Below are positions 50,580 through 62,810 of a stretch of DNA of 64,000 nucleotides, piece after piece. The notes beneath the pieces were generated by a model. The model was given only the letters and a program-made list of their open reading frames with translations, made no database searches and was not told the origin of the DNA. Within the stretch, counting starts at the first letter, position 1, and each line of letters starts with the position of its first letter. Where the stretch lies: assembly GCA_964255285.1 (NCBI GenBank), contig CAXUUL010000006.1, positions 1 through 64,000 of the forward strand, given 5' to 3'. The DNA is from Ionaspis alba (lineage: Eukaryota). A program made the position numbers and the translations under genes.

Positions 50580-51562
50580 ATCTGGCAATAACAAGTGAAG
50601 GCATGAGCTGGTAGGACATAAGAACCAGATACGAGAACATTGAAAGGTGGACGATTTTCCGGATTTAGGAGCACGGTTTGTCATGGGGCATTTGGGGGCT
50701 TGGTTGGCGGCGAATTTCATTTATTGTCTACGATACCACTACACTCGTTATACACTGTGATTTGTTGTCGAGCGGTTTTGGGCCGGACCATTATGGCACA
50801 AATTTAGCGATCCGTGGGTATACGGTGATACCTGGATAGATGCCTCATGTACCGACGATTTTCTAGATAGCAAAGGAATATCACGATAACGACATTATCA
50901 TCAATATTGGCTTATAGTGCACAGTTCGTTTGATAACAGTGCTACAATTATGCTTACTCGACGGCCGACTAAACGAATTGGATAAGGATTCCGTCTTCCA
51001 GCCGCGTGTTGCGTGTAATCGTTGAATGTGGTACAGATTTAAAACATCGACTATCCTTCTACTGAATATAAGATGAATCCAAAGAGATGGACGCTTTCAA
51101 AAGCAGAGCGCAGCCTCTCACTCCACACTTCGTGCATATTATGATGATAATACTGATATGGGGGATAGAATTTAGGATAACGGACTATAAGAGCAGATCG
51201 AGGCAGTGATTTTGTCGTAGCCGTGTTAGGACTCGCACTATGAACAGTAGTGTTCCTGCCAACAGAAGCTTGTCTATCGATCCTTTGGGGCGAGCTTAGG
51301 TTGCTCCTGCGATATAAGCTGCTTACCGTAAGCCGCAACTAACATGAAGCTAGCCCAGGACACCGAGCCTTGGTGCCCAACATCATCGCCATGCTGTATT
51401 TGTCCTGTTCAAAGAACGACGAACACAAAGACAAGCATCGCAGTGGGAACGTAGATCCACATCTGTAAACCTTCTGGAAATCCGCTTTGATTTTCATCAG
51501 GCCCTTGCTGTAGATAACACAACTTTTTTTCTAGCAAGGCTCCGGCCCAAGCCACATTTCAA

Positions 51563-52672
51563 TCACTTTCTAACAGCATGGCACTCTCTTCTCCTATGAG
51601 GAGGTAAGCAGGAGCAGAACAGGAGGCAACCTTCAAGACTTACCACCATCCCTTGAAATCCTGGGTCCAAACCGGAATACCCAACTCCCTGAGGGTCTTC
51701 GTAGACAGATGCGTATCGTATGGCCTCTGAATACCACCAGGTTGATTCCCCTGCTTATTCGGCACAATTCCCTCGCCAGACAACCCCATGATTTCCGCCA
51801 TCATCTGACAGATCTCATACTTGGTATAGCGATCCTCCGAGGAAAATTGTAGTATCTTCGGCAACTTCGCTCTTCCTGCATCGCCAGCCTCAAGATATTT
51901 GGCAGCTATGTCCTGGCAGACCCTACCCACGTCTTCGGTGTTGGTTGGATAGCGCTGAGCCCAGTCGTCCATCTGAATCTTGGCATCTTTCTCCTGGGCT
52001 TTCCACAGAGTATCTAAGAGTACGTTTATGGCACTCTCTTTGGAATCCTCGACTGCACCGTAAAGCACGGGCACGCGTAGCACGACTCCGAGATTTTTCT
52101 TACCCGCTTCCTCCAGTGTAGCCTTTTCGCCATCTAATTTTGTTTGCCCATACAGATTTGGTGGCTGGGGCTGGTCGTCGGCTTCATATGGAGCTTCGCC
52201 TTGCTTGCCTGGAAAGACATAGTCTGTAGAGATGTAGATTAGAAGTATGTTTCGGTACGCCGTAGCTTTTGCAAGTGCTTGTGTGGCTTCGACGTTCAGC
52301 GCTCGAGCTCCTTCAGGATCGGCATCGCATTTGTCTGGGAATCTGTTGGCAGCGCCTGTGTGGTCAGTCAGGCCCCTAAAGCAGGACTTTGCGTGACTCA
52401 CAATGTACTACAACATGTGGTCTTCGGTTCTCTTATGTGTTAGCAAACGAGCAGACCCAACTTTCGCGGCTCAGAAGCAAGTAGTTCGCTCACTTGACTT
52501 CATCCAATAGAGCAGGGATGGCACTATCGTCGGCCAGATCAAGCTTCCGTAATGCAGCAGTTGATCTTCGATAACCTGTTCCAACAACATTCCAATCTGC
52601 TTCCTTGAACGCTGAAAGTACCTGACGACCGAGCAGGCCAGTTGCACCGGTGACTATCGCTATCCGTATCAT
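51563..52672 (-). CDS. RmlD substrate-binding / MAT2B-like NAD(P)-dependent SDR
   Basis: VTGATGLLGR, KPHVVVHCAANRFPD (20-nt exon 52402-52421), YISTDYVF, YGQTK, LRVPVLYG, RYPTNTEDV, RPYDTHL; last exon WRRECHAVRK*. Confidence 0.9.
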
Positions 52673-53812
52673 TCTTAAGTCTCTAATAGGCTAGTAACTA
52701 TTGTAGCAACAATGTCTGACTAGGTCGAAGTACAGTCGTGTCAATCTTCGTGACCAGTCAAAGAGGACACATTTATTGAGAAGCTATGTTAATTCTTAAC
52801 AGTCTACGAAAAAGGCACCTGCCCATATACACTACGGATTCTTTGGGCTCTGTGGACCATTGCAGGCCATACCCTTGCTTCTGAAGTAGAGCCTCGAGTC
52901 TTGTGGCCTCTTCTCTAGTGCTCTCCTTGTAGGATGGCAGTAATGAAAAGACTGATGAAGCATGAAGATTCCAAAAATTCCTTTCCGATCACGAAGACCA
53001 GAAAGAGCGTCAATATAGTTGTAGTTTTCAACTAGCAAAAACGTAATCTCGGATGGCTCCTCATAGATATACGTAAAGCCCTTGCACTGAGATACATTAG
53101 AGTAGTTCCCTAAAAAATTGTGGGTGTTGAACGTACCTTAGATGAGGAGGAAAGAAGATCGGAAGACTCTAACACTACTTATTCTGAATACTGAACGACT
53201 AGCGCCGCGCTAGCATCGCCGGGTAGTCTGAAGTGATTCCCATTCTCGGTCGCGACAAAAACATGAGTCACTTAGTGACTTGAAAGCTATCAGTCTGACA
53301 AGCAGCAAACACCGAAACCCTACAACTCTTATATCGTGGTATTAGAGCGTCCTGGTAAATATCCTCGAAATCTGAGATCAATTCACGCAGGATTCCGGGA
53401 ATTTGGAAAGAGAGATTAGACACTATGTTGGAAACCAAAGACCCAGATGAGAAGCTCCGGGTGATTGACGAGACTACTATCACACGAAAGACTATTGGGA
53501 CAATTCTTCCAACAAGCACCATAAATCCAAGAAGGCACAAGGGTTCCATTGCAGTTACCAAGGCAAAATCTGTAATGCTCAGCATCTCGGCACCGGCAGC
53601 TTATCCGAGCTTTCATTGAAGTGAGCCACATGAGCGCATATGTTGAAATCACACGTGCCGGGCAAATCGTACGGGGAAATCAGATCAAACGTGTGATGAG
53701 ACGAGGCACAGGCCGAACTCCTCACGTTCCCGTAGGTTCACCCTTCCCTTCTCGACTACGGTAACTTCGGCTCCACGAATTCCCTTGAGCAAACCCAACA
53801 CCAACCATCAGG

Positions 53813-54634
53813 TCACATGCTCACCATATCACCCGTGGCGCCATCCTCTGCCTTCCTACTTCCCCCATCGAGTGCCTCTTCTATGTACATTGTCACATCG
53901 TAGAACGTTATCTCATGTGGACAATCCCAATCCGACTTCCAGATTTTTCTGACGCAGTGGATCCAACCCACATTCTCCATCCCGTCCAGCCTCAACCCAA
54001 AGACCAAGTGCTTCTGCCAGTCAGGCGTTGCTTCATGCAGGGGACCCATCTTCTTCTCGTCCCATGGACGACCTGGACGCCCGACTTTCCAGCCCTTGCT
54101 GTTCTGTTCTCCAAATTCGACCTCAATGATCTTTAGCGGAGATGCACCTTCGTTATCCTTCCCTTTATTACGCGATACTGTGGCGAGTTGGTGGCCAGGG
54201 AGAGTGCAGAGCTTCTGACCTAATGCATCATCCGTGCAAATCTCGGGCTCGACACTTCCGCTTTCTGTGTCCCATAAATCGGCCTTTCCTAAGATGCAGA
54301 GCAACATTTTGTTGCTTAGACAGAGCTCAAGACGTTCTGGGCTGTCGAGGCGATTGTAACTTTCGACCGTAAGGCCTAAGAGTTCCTTGGGATCGAATTC
54401 GCCGATGGACTTTGTGGAGATGACTCTGATGTCTGGAGAAGGATCCTCTTCCGGAACCTCGCCAGACTTTTTCGGAGCACCCTTTTGTTTAGGGTTCTCG
54501 TGATCCGGAGTTGCTGGGGAAGTGTGGTCGACTGAGGAAGCTTTGCCTGCTGAGGATGCCTTAACTGCCAGTGAAGCTTTGCCTGCTGCAAAGGCTTTGC
54601 CAGCAGTGAGCCCTGACTTGGCTGCCTGGACCAT
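53813..54634 (-). CDS. Hypothetical protein, no recognised family
   Basis: Intronless ORF of about 273 aa from ATG 54634 (context AACATGG); low-complexity N-terminus followed by a globular-looking region. Confidence 0.6.
   Translation of the reverse strand: MVQAAKSGLTAGKAFAAGKASLAVKASSAGKASSVDHTSPATPDHENPKQKGAPKKSGEVPEEDPSPDIRVISTKSIGEFDPKELLGLTVESYNRLDSPERLELCLSNKMLLCILGKADLWDTESGSVEPEICTDDALGQKLCTLPGHQLATVSRNKGKDNEGASPLKIIEVEFGEQNSKGWKVGRPGRPWDEKKMGPLHEATPDWQKHLVFGLRLDGMENVGWIHCVRKIWKSDWDCPHEITFYDVTMYIEEALDGGSRKAEDGATGDMVSM
54534..54605. repeat. Degenerate 18-bp tandem repeat x4 encoding A(G/V)KAxx hexapeptides
   Basis: gaggaagctttgcctgct / gaggatgccttaactgcc / agtgaagctttgcctgct / gcaaaggctttgccagca. 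Confidence 0.75.
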
Positions 54635-55622
54635 GTTGAGTTTGATGGAGTGGTTGTGGTTCTTAGGATGAGTCTCTTTCAACACAACGCCTGAAAAGCG
54701 AGACAGTGTAAGCACTACCGCATGAGTGACTTTTGGCTCTTCCAAATCTGCTACGAAGAGATGAATAGTGGCTTGTACTTGCCTAAGTTTCTCCTCGAAG
54801 GTCTTGCGTGTGGCCTAATGTCGGTCGTATGTGAATGAGTCCCTGAGATGGTTTCGCACTGTCTTGGTGATTGCAAATTTCATTCACGGCGAACGACATC
54901 ATTCGCTATTTGTATCACCAACCCCAAAGTTGTTCGAATGTATTGGAAAGCAACTAAGAAATACTTCCATAATCAATTCCTTATGACTGCGACCTCTCCT
55001 ACCATGCATCCATAAGCATGAGTAATGATGGCCTTGCCACGGGAATAAGTTCTTGACGCAAATTAGTGTTGCAGCAAAGCGTTAGTGAATGAGATATATG
55101 GTCTTGGAGTGGTGCATATGTATCTGGTGTTCCAGCGAAAAAACGAACATAACATACATGTAGATAGGTGTCTAGGGGTGATGGGCAAGGAAAGTTGAAA
55201 TTTAGAATAGGATATTGAGAGGAGATGATGGAGGTCAACAGGATCTGTCAAAGGCAGAACATAAAGACCAAAGAGATACGGTAAACCATCTGCGAGTTGA
55301 AATCAACAAGATTCGGGCCATTTGGAGAAGGGTAGGTATTCTCCTCAATAAACAGGCCGTCAGAACGCCTTCAGATATCTAGACGCCCAGCGACGGAGCA
55401 AAAATGCAGGTATCTCAAATCTCAGCATACCCGTACCCTTTCGCTTCCCACTAACCTCCCAGCCCCTTGCTATAGACCCTCTAGTTTGCGACTTGGAGCA
55501 AATTTCCCGTTGCAGATTACCGTCTAGCACTCCTCTCGTGAGATGTGTCGTACTCCACCATTTCCACTTCGATCGATCGACTGCCACCAATATAGCGGCT
55601 TCATTGAGGTTCTCAAAAGTAT

Positions 55623-58254
55623 TCATTGCACCTGACTAACGATTTCGCTTGCTCTCGTCAAAGACTCAACCATCTGCTGGCACTCCTTTCTTCGCCGGAT
55701 GGTGAAGTCGCTTTCCTTTAGCAGATCTTCGAACTCGTTGGAGCGGTACATGTTCTCGAGAAGTTCGCGTTGCATCTCATCTTTTGTGTGCCTGAACGTT
55801 GACGGATTAGTGACTGCAATGTACACTACTATGAAACGCGGTGACCTATGAGGCCGAAGAAGGCCAGAACAAGAGAAGTCGATCAGTAAGGCGGGACTCA
55901 CTGGACAAGAGTAAGCATGATAGCCTTAGGTACCATGTCAATCATTGTACGGCGCGTGATATTAAAGTAGGAGTTGATGAGCAGCTCTGTAGTTGTATTA
56001 ATTTGCAGGTTAGATAAGGCCTTATTCGGGAGGACCTACTAATGACCTCAACTTCCTGGTTTTCCTTCTCCGACAAAGTGCCTGAGGCTTTGAGCTGGGG
56101 TGGTGGTGATTCCATGGCTGCCATCTTTTTCTTGTTCTTGGGTGCGAAGAAGCTGCCAAAGAAGCCTGAATTGTTGTTGTCGAGGACATCCAACGAAGGG
56201 CTTGCAGCGCGAGGCGGGACCGATGGTGGAAGCGGTTTGCCGGTCTTGGGGTCTACCTGAACCGGCTTGTTTGGGCTGTGCCGTTCATTGACAATGGCCA
56301 TAGCCTGTGTAGATAAATAGTTAGATTTAGGAGGATATAAGAGCGTAGATGATCTAGATGATAAGGGGTGAAGAAATTCAGCCGCAGGGTTGGGAGTAGA
56401 TCTGTGCTTTGCGTGGATCTGAGACATGATTTCACCTACCCTGTGCCCGTTGAGAAAGTCAGGGTGGCCAGTATTGATATAGCAGGACTCCATGGCTACC
56501 AGGTCTCGGACCAGTTTGTTCGTGGGTTCCATGACTTTCTTGAAGAATGCAATGACGACGGCGTGAAATTTCTCCTTCAACGAAGGGTATCTTCGAAACA
56601 TTTGTTTTGTGAGAAGCTGTGATAGGATACGGACCAGCTCGTCATAGACCAGAGATACGCACTTCAGACTTGGGTCTTCTAGACGCTTGATCTGCTGCTT
56701 TACGATAAGTTCAAATGCTGTAGTACCAACGAAGAGTGCCGGCGAAGATCCAGAAGAGTTGTATAGAATGGTCCTGATGTCAATATCCTTGACTTGATCA
56801 AAGGGATCCACCGCTTTCACACCATTCGAGTAGAGCTCATGAAACACGAAGCTAATTCTAGCACCTCCCGAGAGTTCGACGCTTGATAGCTCCTGGTTAC
56901 TTCCTTCGAGCACTGTTCGGTACTCATTGCAAAACTCGGTGATGATGTTGAGAATGATGTTGCCGCTATTGCCGAGCATTGAATCGCCGAGAGAGTTGAG
57001 CTCAGCTTGGTACTTCTGGAGCGATGAAGTTATACGAGCTTTGATATCTGGAAGAGTCTGTTTGATATGCATCATGAGGATCTGGAGCAGAATTAGCATA
57101 GCTCAAGCACCTCCGACCACCTTTCCAGGAGCCCTACCAAATTCAGCTTTCTAGCTAAATAGGGCGTTCCGCAGTAGGAGCTCTTATTTCGATAAGCTTT
57201 GTGTTGTTCAAAGAAATTCCTCTCATGTTCAAGCGCGACGGAAATAGCTCTCTTGTTCTCAATGTCCCTCTGTCCGCGATTCACAACAGGCACGTATCCT
57301 AGCCGAAGTGGAATGATTCTCCCTGCTAAGATATCCACAACATCTGTTCCCTCGTCCATCAGGTCGACTTTTGTCAAGACTCCAATTGTCCGTTGACCCT
57401 CAGGATCCACTTCCCTCGCCAGCTTCAACCCGTCCGAATTTGCGAGATCGGTGTTGGCAGCCGTGACTGCTAGTATGATGGCATTTGGTTTCTGTATTTG
57501 CTTCAGCACCATATCCTTGATCTGTCTCTCGATATCCCTCGGCTGATCTCCCACTGGCACCTTGGTCAGGCCGGGCAAGTCGACCAAGGTAAGGGTGAGG
57601 ACATTGGGGGAATAGATCCGTAGGTTGATGGGGGCAGGAGATATCCCGGCGTTGCGGCCAGTCTTTTGGTCGGTTTCCCTGACAATTTCGTCTCGGATTT
57701 TCCCAAAGTCATAAAATTTCTGGCCGGGGATGTGTAGAAATTCCCCCCACTCGTCTGCATTAGCCTCTTTGTCGGAGGCCTTGATATCGCCATTTACACC
57801 ATTTGGCATAGAGCCTTGAGACGAAGATCTGTTGATGAGTTGTAGGATGAGGGGTCGTCGTGTGACAATGCCAGTACCTCGTGGTAAGCTGTTCCCGGAC
57901 TGTCAGCTTCGACCGAAATGGCTACTGGCAATGGCTGTAGATCCGGCGCAATACGTACAAGTCCCGCCCCACAATGTTCTCAAGCACCGAACTCTTTCCA
58001 CTAGATTGGGAACCAACGACTGCTATCTGTGGGAGATCTATTGGATTTTGTACCTAGAAGTTGTCGAGGTGAGCATTAATGCCAAGCTGGGAAGCCTAGA
58101 TTGACAGAACATACCCCAACAGTCGTGAAGACATCCTGGAGCTTGTTGACAAGAGTGATAAGCCCAGGGTCATTCACATTTATCCTGTGCGAGGTCAGTG
58201 AGGCATGAGGAGGTTATGCGCAGCAACTTACGAGTAGCCAGCCGGCGTGGCCAT
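55623..58254 (-). CDS. VPS1: Dynamin-related GTPase Vps1
   Basis: [72 protein letters not shown]; 7 introns. Confidence 0.95.
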
Positions 58255-58776
58255 AACTAATCCGGAAAGTTGTAAGGTCGCTGGTGGATTTGATGATATC
58301 CTAGGTGTTTCCGGAGCAGTAGATGACTTATGTGTAATCTGATGAATGCAGACCGGTGTATGAGGTTGAGTGTTGGAAAATTGAAAGTGGATGGTGGAGG
58401 AAGCTGTGTTCGTGGACTTTGAGGTTGGTGTTGTTGTCCCAAAAAGTTCAGGATACGACATTTGTGTCCGCGTAGGCATTGTCACATGGCCGCCACCATC
58501 TGAATATATGAATTAACAAGATCCTATGCCGCCAAGCTGGGAGAGATCCACAGCATCAGATTCTTCCATTGGACGCCTTGACTACGAAAGATAGTCCTCT
58601 TTAGAACACGTTATCAAATGCACTGAATTTGGAAGTTGCGCTTCACGATTCATGCTCCCTAAATCTATGGAATGTTGTGCAAAGACCAAGTATCGCTCTA
58701 TGCTACAGGAATACCTCTGTCCTCCGACTCAGGCTCCATCGTCACACCATATCCATCCACATAGAACGACTCTCCT

Positions 58777-60999
58777 TTACTCGTCAATGACTGATGCGAA
58801 TTTCTCGGTCATGTGTTGTATCAATTCGTCATACTGTCTCGAGGTTAGTCCCCATCCTCATTTAGCCACGTACGAAAACTCACTTTCTTGGAGACAGCTT
58901 CCTCTCCGTCTGTTGGCAGCTCAAATTTCATGTTCCGTAATCCGCTCTGGATATCGCTGGTAGCTTCCCTGACCTTCGCCCAGCTTTGGCCTTGAGAAAT
59001 TGCCTTCTGACTTTCGTCATGAAAACCCATGAAGGCCTTCATCATATATTCCGTCTTCCATAGAGGACAGAACTGATCGTAATCGCTGTAGCCGTTCTGC
59101 TGCAAAAAGTCGTCCTTCAACAGTGCAGCAACATCGAGGGTAATTTTATCAGGATCGCCTAGAGCAGACTTCCCAACAAGCTGTACAACTTGATCCAGAT
59201 CTTCCGAGTTCGACAACAGTTCCTTGATCCGATCTCTAAGGCGAGGAAATTCGGGGTTGTTCTTCTCATAGAATTTGTCCAAGATCGTAGTGTACTTGCT
59301 ATAAGACTGCGAGGTATTGATGGAGGGAAAATGCTTCCTTTGGGCCAGCTTCTTGTCCAGACCCCAAAAGACCTGTACGATACCAAGGGTACTGCTGGTA
59401 ACCGGATCGGAAAAGTCTCCTCCAGGAGGGCTGACGGCTCCGACGATGCTGACACTACCCTTGCGTTCGGGGCTTCCAAGAGCTGTGACCTGCCCAGCGC
59501 GCTCGTAGAAGGAAGCCAACTTGGCTCCGAGGTAGGCTGGGAAACCCTGGTCTGCTGGCATCTCTCCGAGACGACCAGAGATTTCTCGTAATGCCTCTGC
59601 CCACCGAGAGGTTGAGTCGGCCATCATAGCAACGGCCTTACCCTGATCGCGGAAGTATTCCGCGACAGTGATACCTGTGTAGATTGAAGCTTCACGGGCA
59701 GCGACAGGCATGTTGGACGTGTTTGCAATGAGTGATGTACGCTTCATGATGGGCTCCTTACGGCCTTTGATGTCGATCGACAACTGGCGCGGGTGGTCAG
59801 CAGGATATTAAAATGGGATCGTAGAGATTAAATACTTCGGGAAAGTCCATGAGCACTTCGGCCATCTCATTACCTCTTTCGCCACAGCCAACATAGATGA
59901 TAATGTCGCTGTTGGAGAACTTGGACACAGACTGACTAATGACAGTCTTGCCACATCCGAATGCACCTGGAATACAAACGGTGCCTCCCTGTACACTTGG
60001 GAACAGAGCGTCTAACACTCGCTGCCCGACAATGAAAGGCGAATCCGAAGGTAACTTTTCCGTAACTGGTCTTGGTACACGTACTGGCCATGTGTGCATC
60101 ATGGAGTACTCAGTCTTCTTGCCGTCAAATTCCACCTCGATCACCTTCTCCTCGACATTATAGCTGCCCTTTTCTGCGATATGGGTGATGGTACCACGAG
60201 CGCGAGGTGGTAATAAGATCTTGTGATCATCCAAGAGGCTGTTCTCGAAAACGCTACCGAAGACATCGCCTCCAGTAATATGATCTCCAACCTTGAAGTC
60301 TGCGGGTTTGAAGTCGAATTTGGTCTCTCGATTCAAAGAAGGTACAGCGATACCTCGAGGAATATATATGCTGTTGGAGACCTCCGAGATAGACTTCAAT
60401 GGTCTCTGAATACCGTCGTAAATTGTTTCCATCAAACCTGGACCCAGCTCCACTGACAATGGCTTCCCTGTCCTCATGACAGGATCGCCAACCGTTACAC
60501 CGGCTACAGATAATCTGTTAGTCATTGATCTACGATCAAGAAGAGCTCTGTCTTGTACCAGTCTCCTCGTAGACCTGCACGGTTGCCTTATCCGCATCGA
60601 TCCTGATGACTTCCCCGACAAGAGAATCATGCCCGACTTTGACCTAGGATCTTCCATCAGCCTGTTGTTAAGCCAAGAAATTCGCTGGTGAGACCGACCA
60701 ACTCGTACATGGCACAGCCCAGCATGTTCTCTGCAACGATGACAGGCCTCCCAGATGTCAATATATTCTTCTTGCATCAAAGGAAAGGTGAACGTACCCT
60801 GAAACCGAGAAGATGGAGCCTCAAAGGGAAGTATTAGTCCGAAATGATCACAATTCAAGGCGTAGGACCGTGCCTTACCATACTGGTCCTCTCCGGCTTC
60901 TTGTCTTGACCGCTTCGACTTGGACTGCGATTGATGGAGAAATCAGCCATTGCCTACATGACAAGCCCGACCGAATACATAAGTGCTTACAGGAGCCAT
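58777..60999 (-). CDS. VMA1: V-type H+-ATPase catalytic subunit A
   Basis: [17 protein letters not shown]-loop [45 protein letters not shown]; 7 introns; no intein. Confidence 0.97.
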
Positions 61000-61154
61000 G
61001 GTGAGCTTCACATCAATTTCGGAAAAGTAACTGGACGAAAATGGACGTTGTGGGTGCGGGGAGAAGGGCGTGGAAGGAGTGGGTAAGGGTGGGAGGTCGT
61101 CGACGTCGTCCCAGAACGTTTGGCGGGAGGCTTCCTTCCTCCAATGGCTATGAG

Positions 61155-61176
61155 TGCTGCTGCTGCTGCTGTTGTT
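61155..61176. repeat. Short (TGC)5 microsatellite upstream of VMA1
   Basis: tgctgctgctgctgc followed by tgttgtt. Confidence 0.7.
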
Positions 61177-62810
61177 ATTCCGACCGATTAAATCGTAGAG
61201 AGAGCTACGGGTTCGAAGACGAGGACGCAAGCCAATCATGCACGATACATCGATTTAGGGAAGCTATAGTCGTTGACATAGATCTACTTTTGTGGGAGCC
61301 AGTCAAATCAATACGTTTCCTCCGCCGCATCATCAAGCCGTTTTAGTCTCGAAGCTAGGACAGAGCTTTATCGGGTGCTTGATAAAGGCTTGCCTTTCAC
61401 CGGAGAGACAGTAAACCCTCAATAACTGCAGAATCAAATTCTGTCTATGAGAAGCTGGGAAACATTTGGTTCCTCAGTCTCTGGCTTTGTAGGCGAGCAT
61501 TTCTGCACATTCACAGACCTCTTTTGCAGTAAGGTAGAGGAAGCTTTCGACTCCACCCCAACCCAGATTCAGATCTAATCCGCTCGAAAATGATGTTCCC
61601 TTCCTACCTGTCAAAGATCATGCAAGCTGAACTGGTTGCTCTCAAAGAGCACAGTTTCCTAAAATGCTAGGCAACCGCCTCACAGCCATTCTCTTCCCCT
61701 TAGCCTAGGATGAGAGCTTCCAACTAGCCTAGATAGTAAATAAAAATGTAATCATCAGCAAAGTTGCTTAGAAGGACTTCGCCAGTGGTACGGATGAATG
61801 GTTGATGGTCTGGTTAATCTAGATTGAGGGCAGACATGGTGGATACTGAAGTACTCGTGGTACATGAGTGCTAGTAAGCTTGTGACGTTGTCTCCAGACA
61901 CGCGCGAAGGCGAGGGCGAGACGAGATGCTCTAGAATAAGCGGACCCGCCATTCCACGGCCCAAAACCTGTAGGACGACTTTCATATCCCCACCTCTGGT
62001 CTCATTACCTCGACCGCTGACCCTCGAGTCGACGAGAACTCAACGTCCCATACCTCAAGACCGCTCGGTCCGTTATTACCATCATCTGCAGGTGAACCCT
62101 CTTGCTAGCAGGCAATACAGGCAAACCGAAGCACCTACCACGCATTTGTGCTATCGCTGAGAACTTCCATTCAGACTGCTGCGGGCTCCATTCTGGAGGA
62201 TCACCGGACCTCATACCTCTTGCAAAATTCTGACGAAAGTTCGAAGTTTCATGCCACCATAGTCGCTATCCGACTCGTGGACCAAAGGCGCTGGCTTCTA
62301 GAGCCTAATCTCTAGAGGCTCCCCAGACACTTTGCGAAACTATCGTAGCTCGTTGCTGAGTTATCTCGGCTTTGAGCTCAAAGCATAATCGGCGGCCAGC
62401 CCGCTGCCATCGTCCTGGCAGACGAGGGCCCCCCATCTATTCACACCCCCATCGCTCCCGACTCCCCAACCACCTCGATCACCCCACAAGCTTCTATTGC
62501 CACACCAAACTCAGCACCCCTCTTGTCATCTATACAGGTAGTTGACGATCTTTCAGCACACCCAGCAGGAGTCCTACAGCAGTCCTTGGATTACTCGCCA
62601 TCAAACTCCGCCTCTCCTTTCCAATCTATAATCCGACCCACCAGGCGACGACGTCGAAGATCATCTTCTGAGCCGACGGAGCCAGAGGATTCAATCGAAC
62701 CAAGAAGGCCGTCTGGCACGGCGGGAGAAGACGATCCACAAAGAGGTACACGGGGGCTTGATCTGGGTACTCGAAGAGGGAGGCCTTCCTCGCCAAAGCG
62801 CCCACGCCTT

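Noticed and set aside
58255..58485. In-frame upstream extension of VPS1
   Set aside because: Sequence looks like a C/A-rich leader and promoter; the upstream AUGs are probably 5' of the TSS, and there is no targeting feature.
59860..59900. VDE-type intein in VMA1
   Set aside because: The insertion site reads contiguously [11 protein letters not shown]; this is an empty allele.
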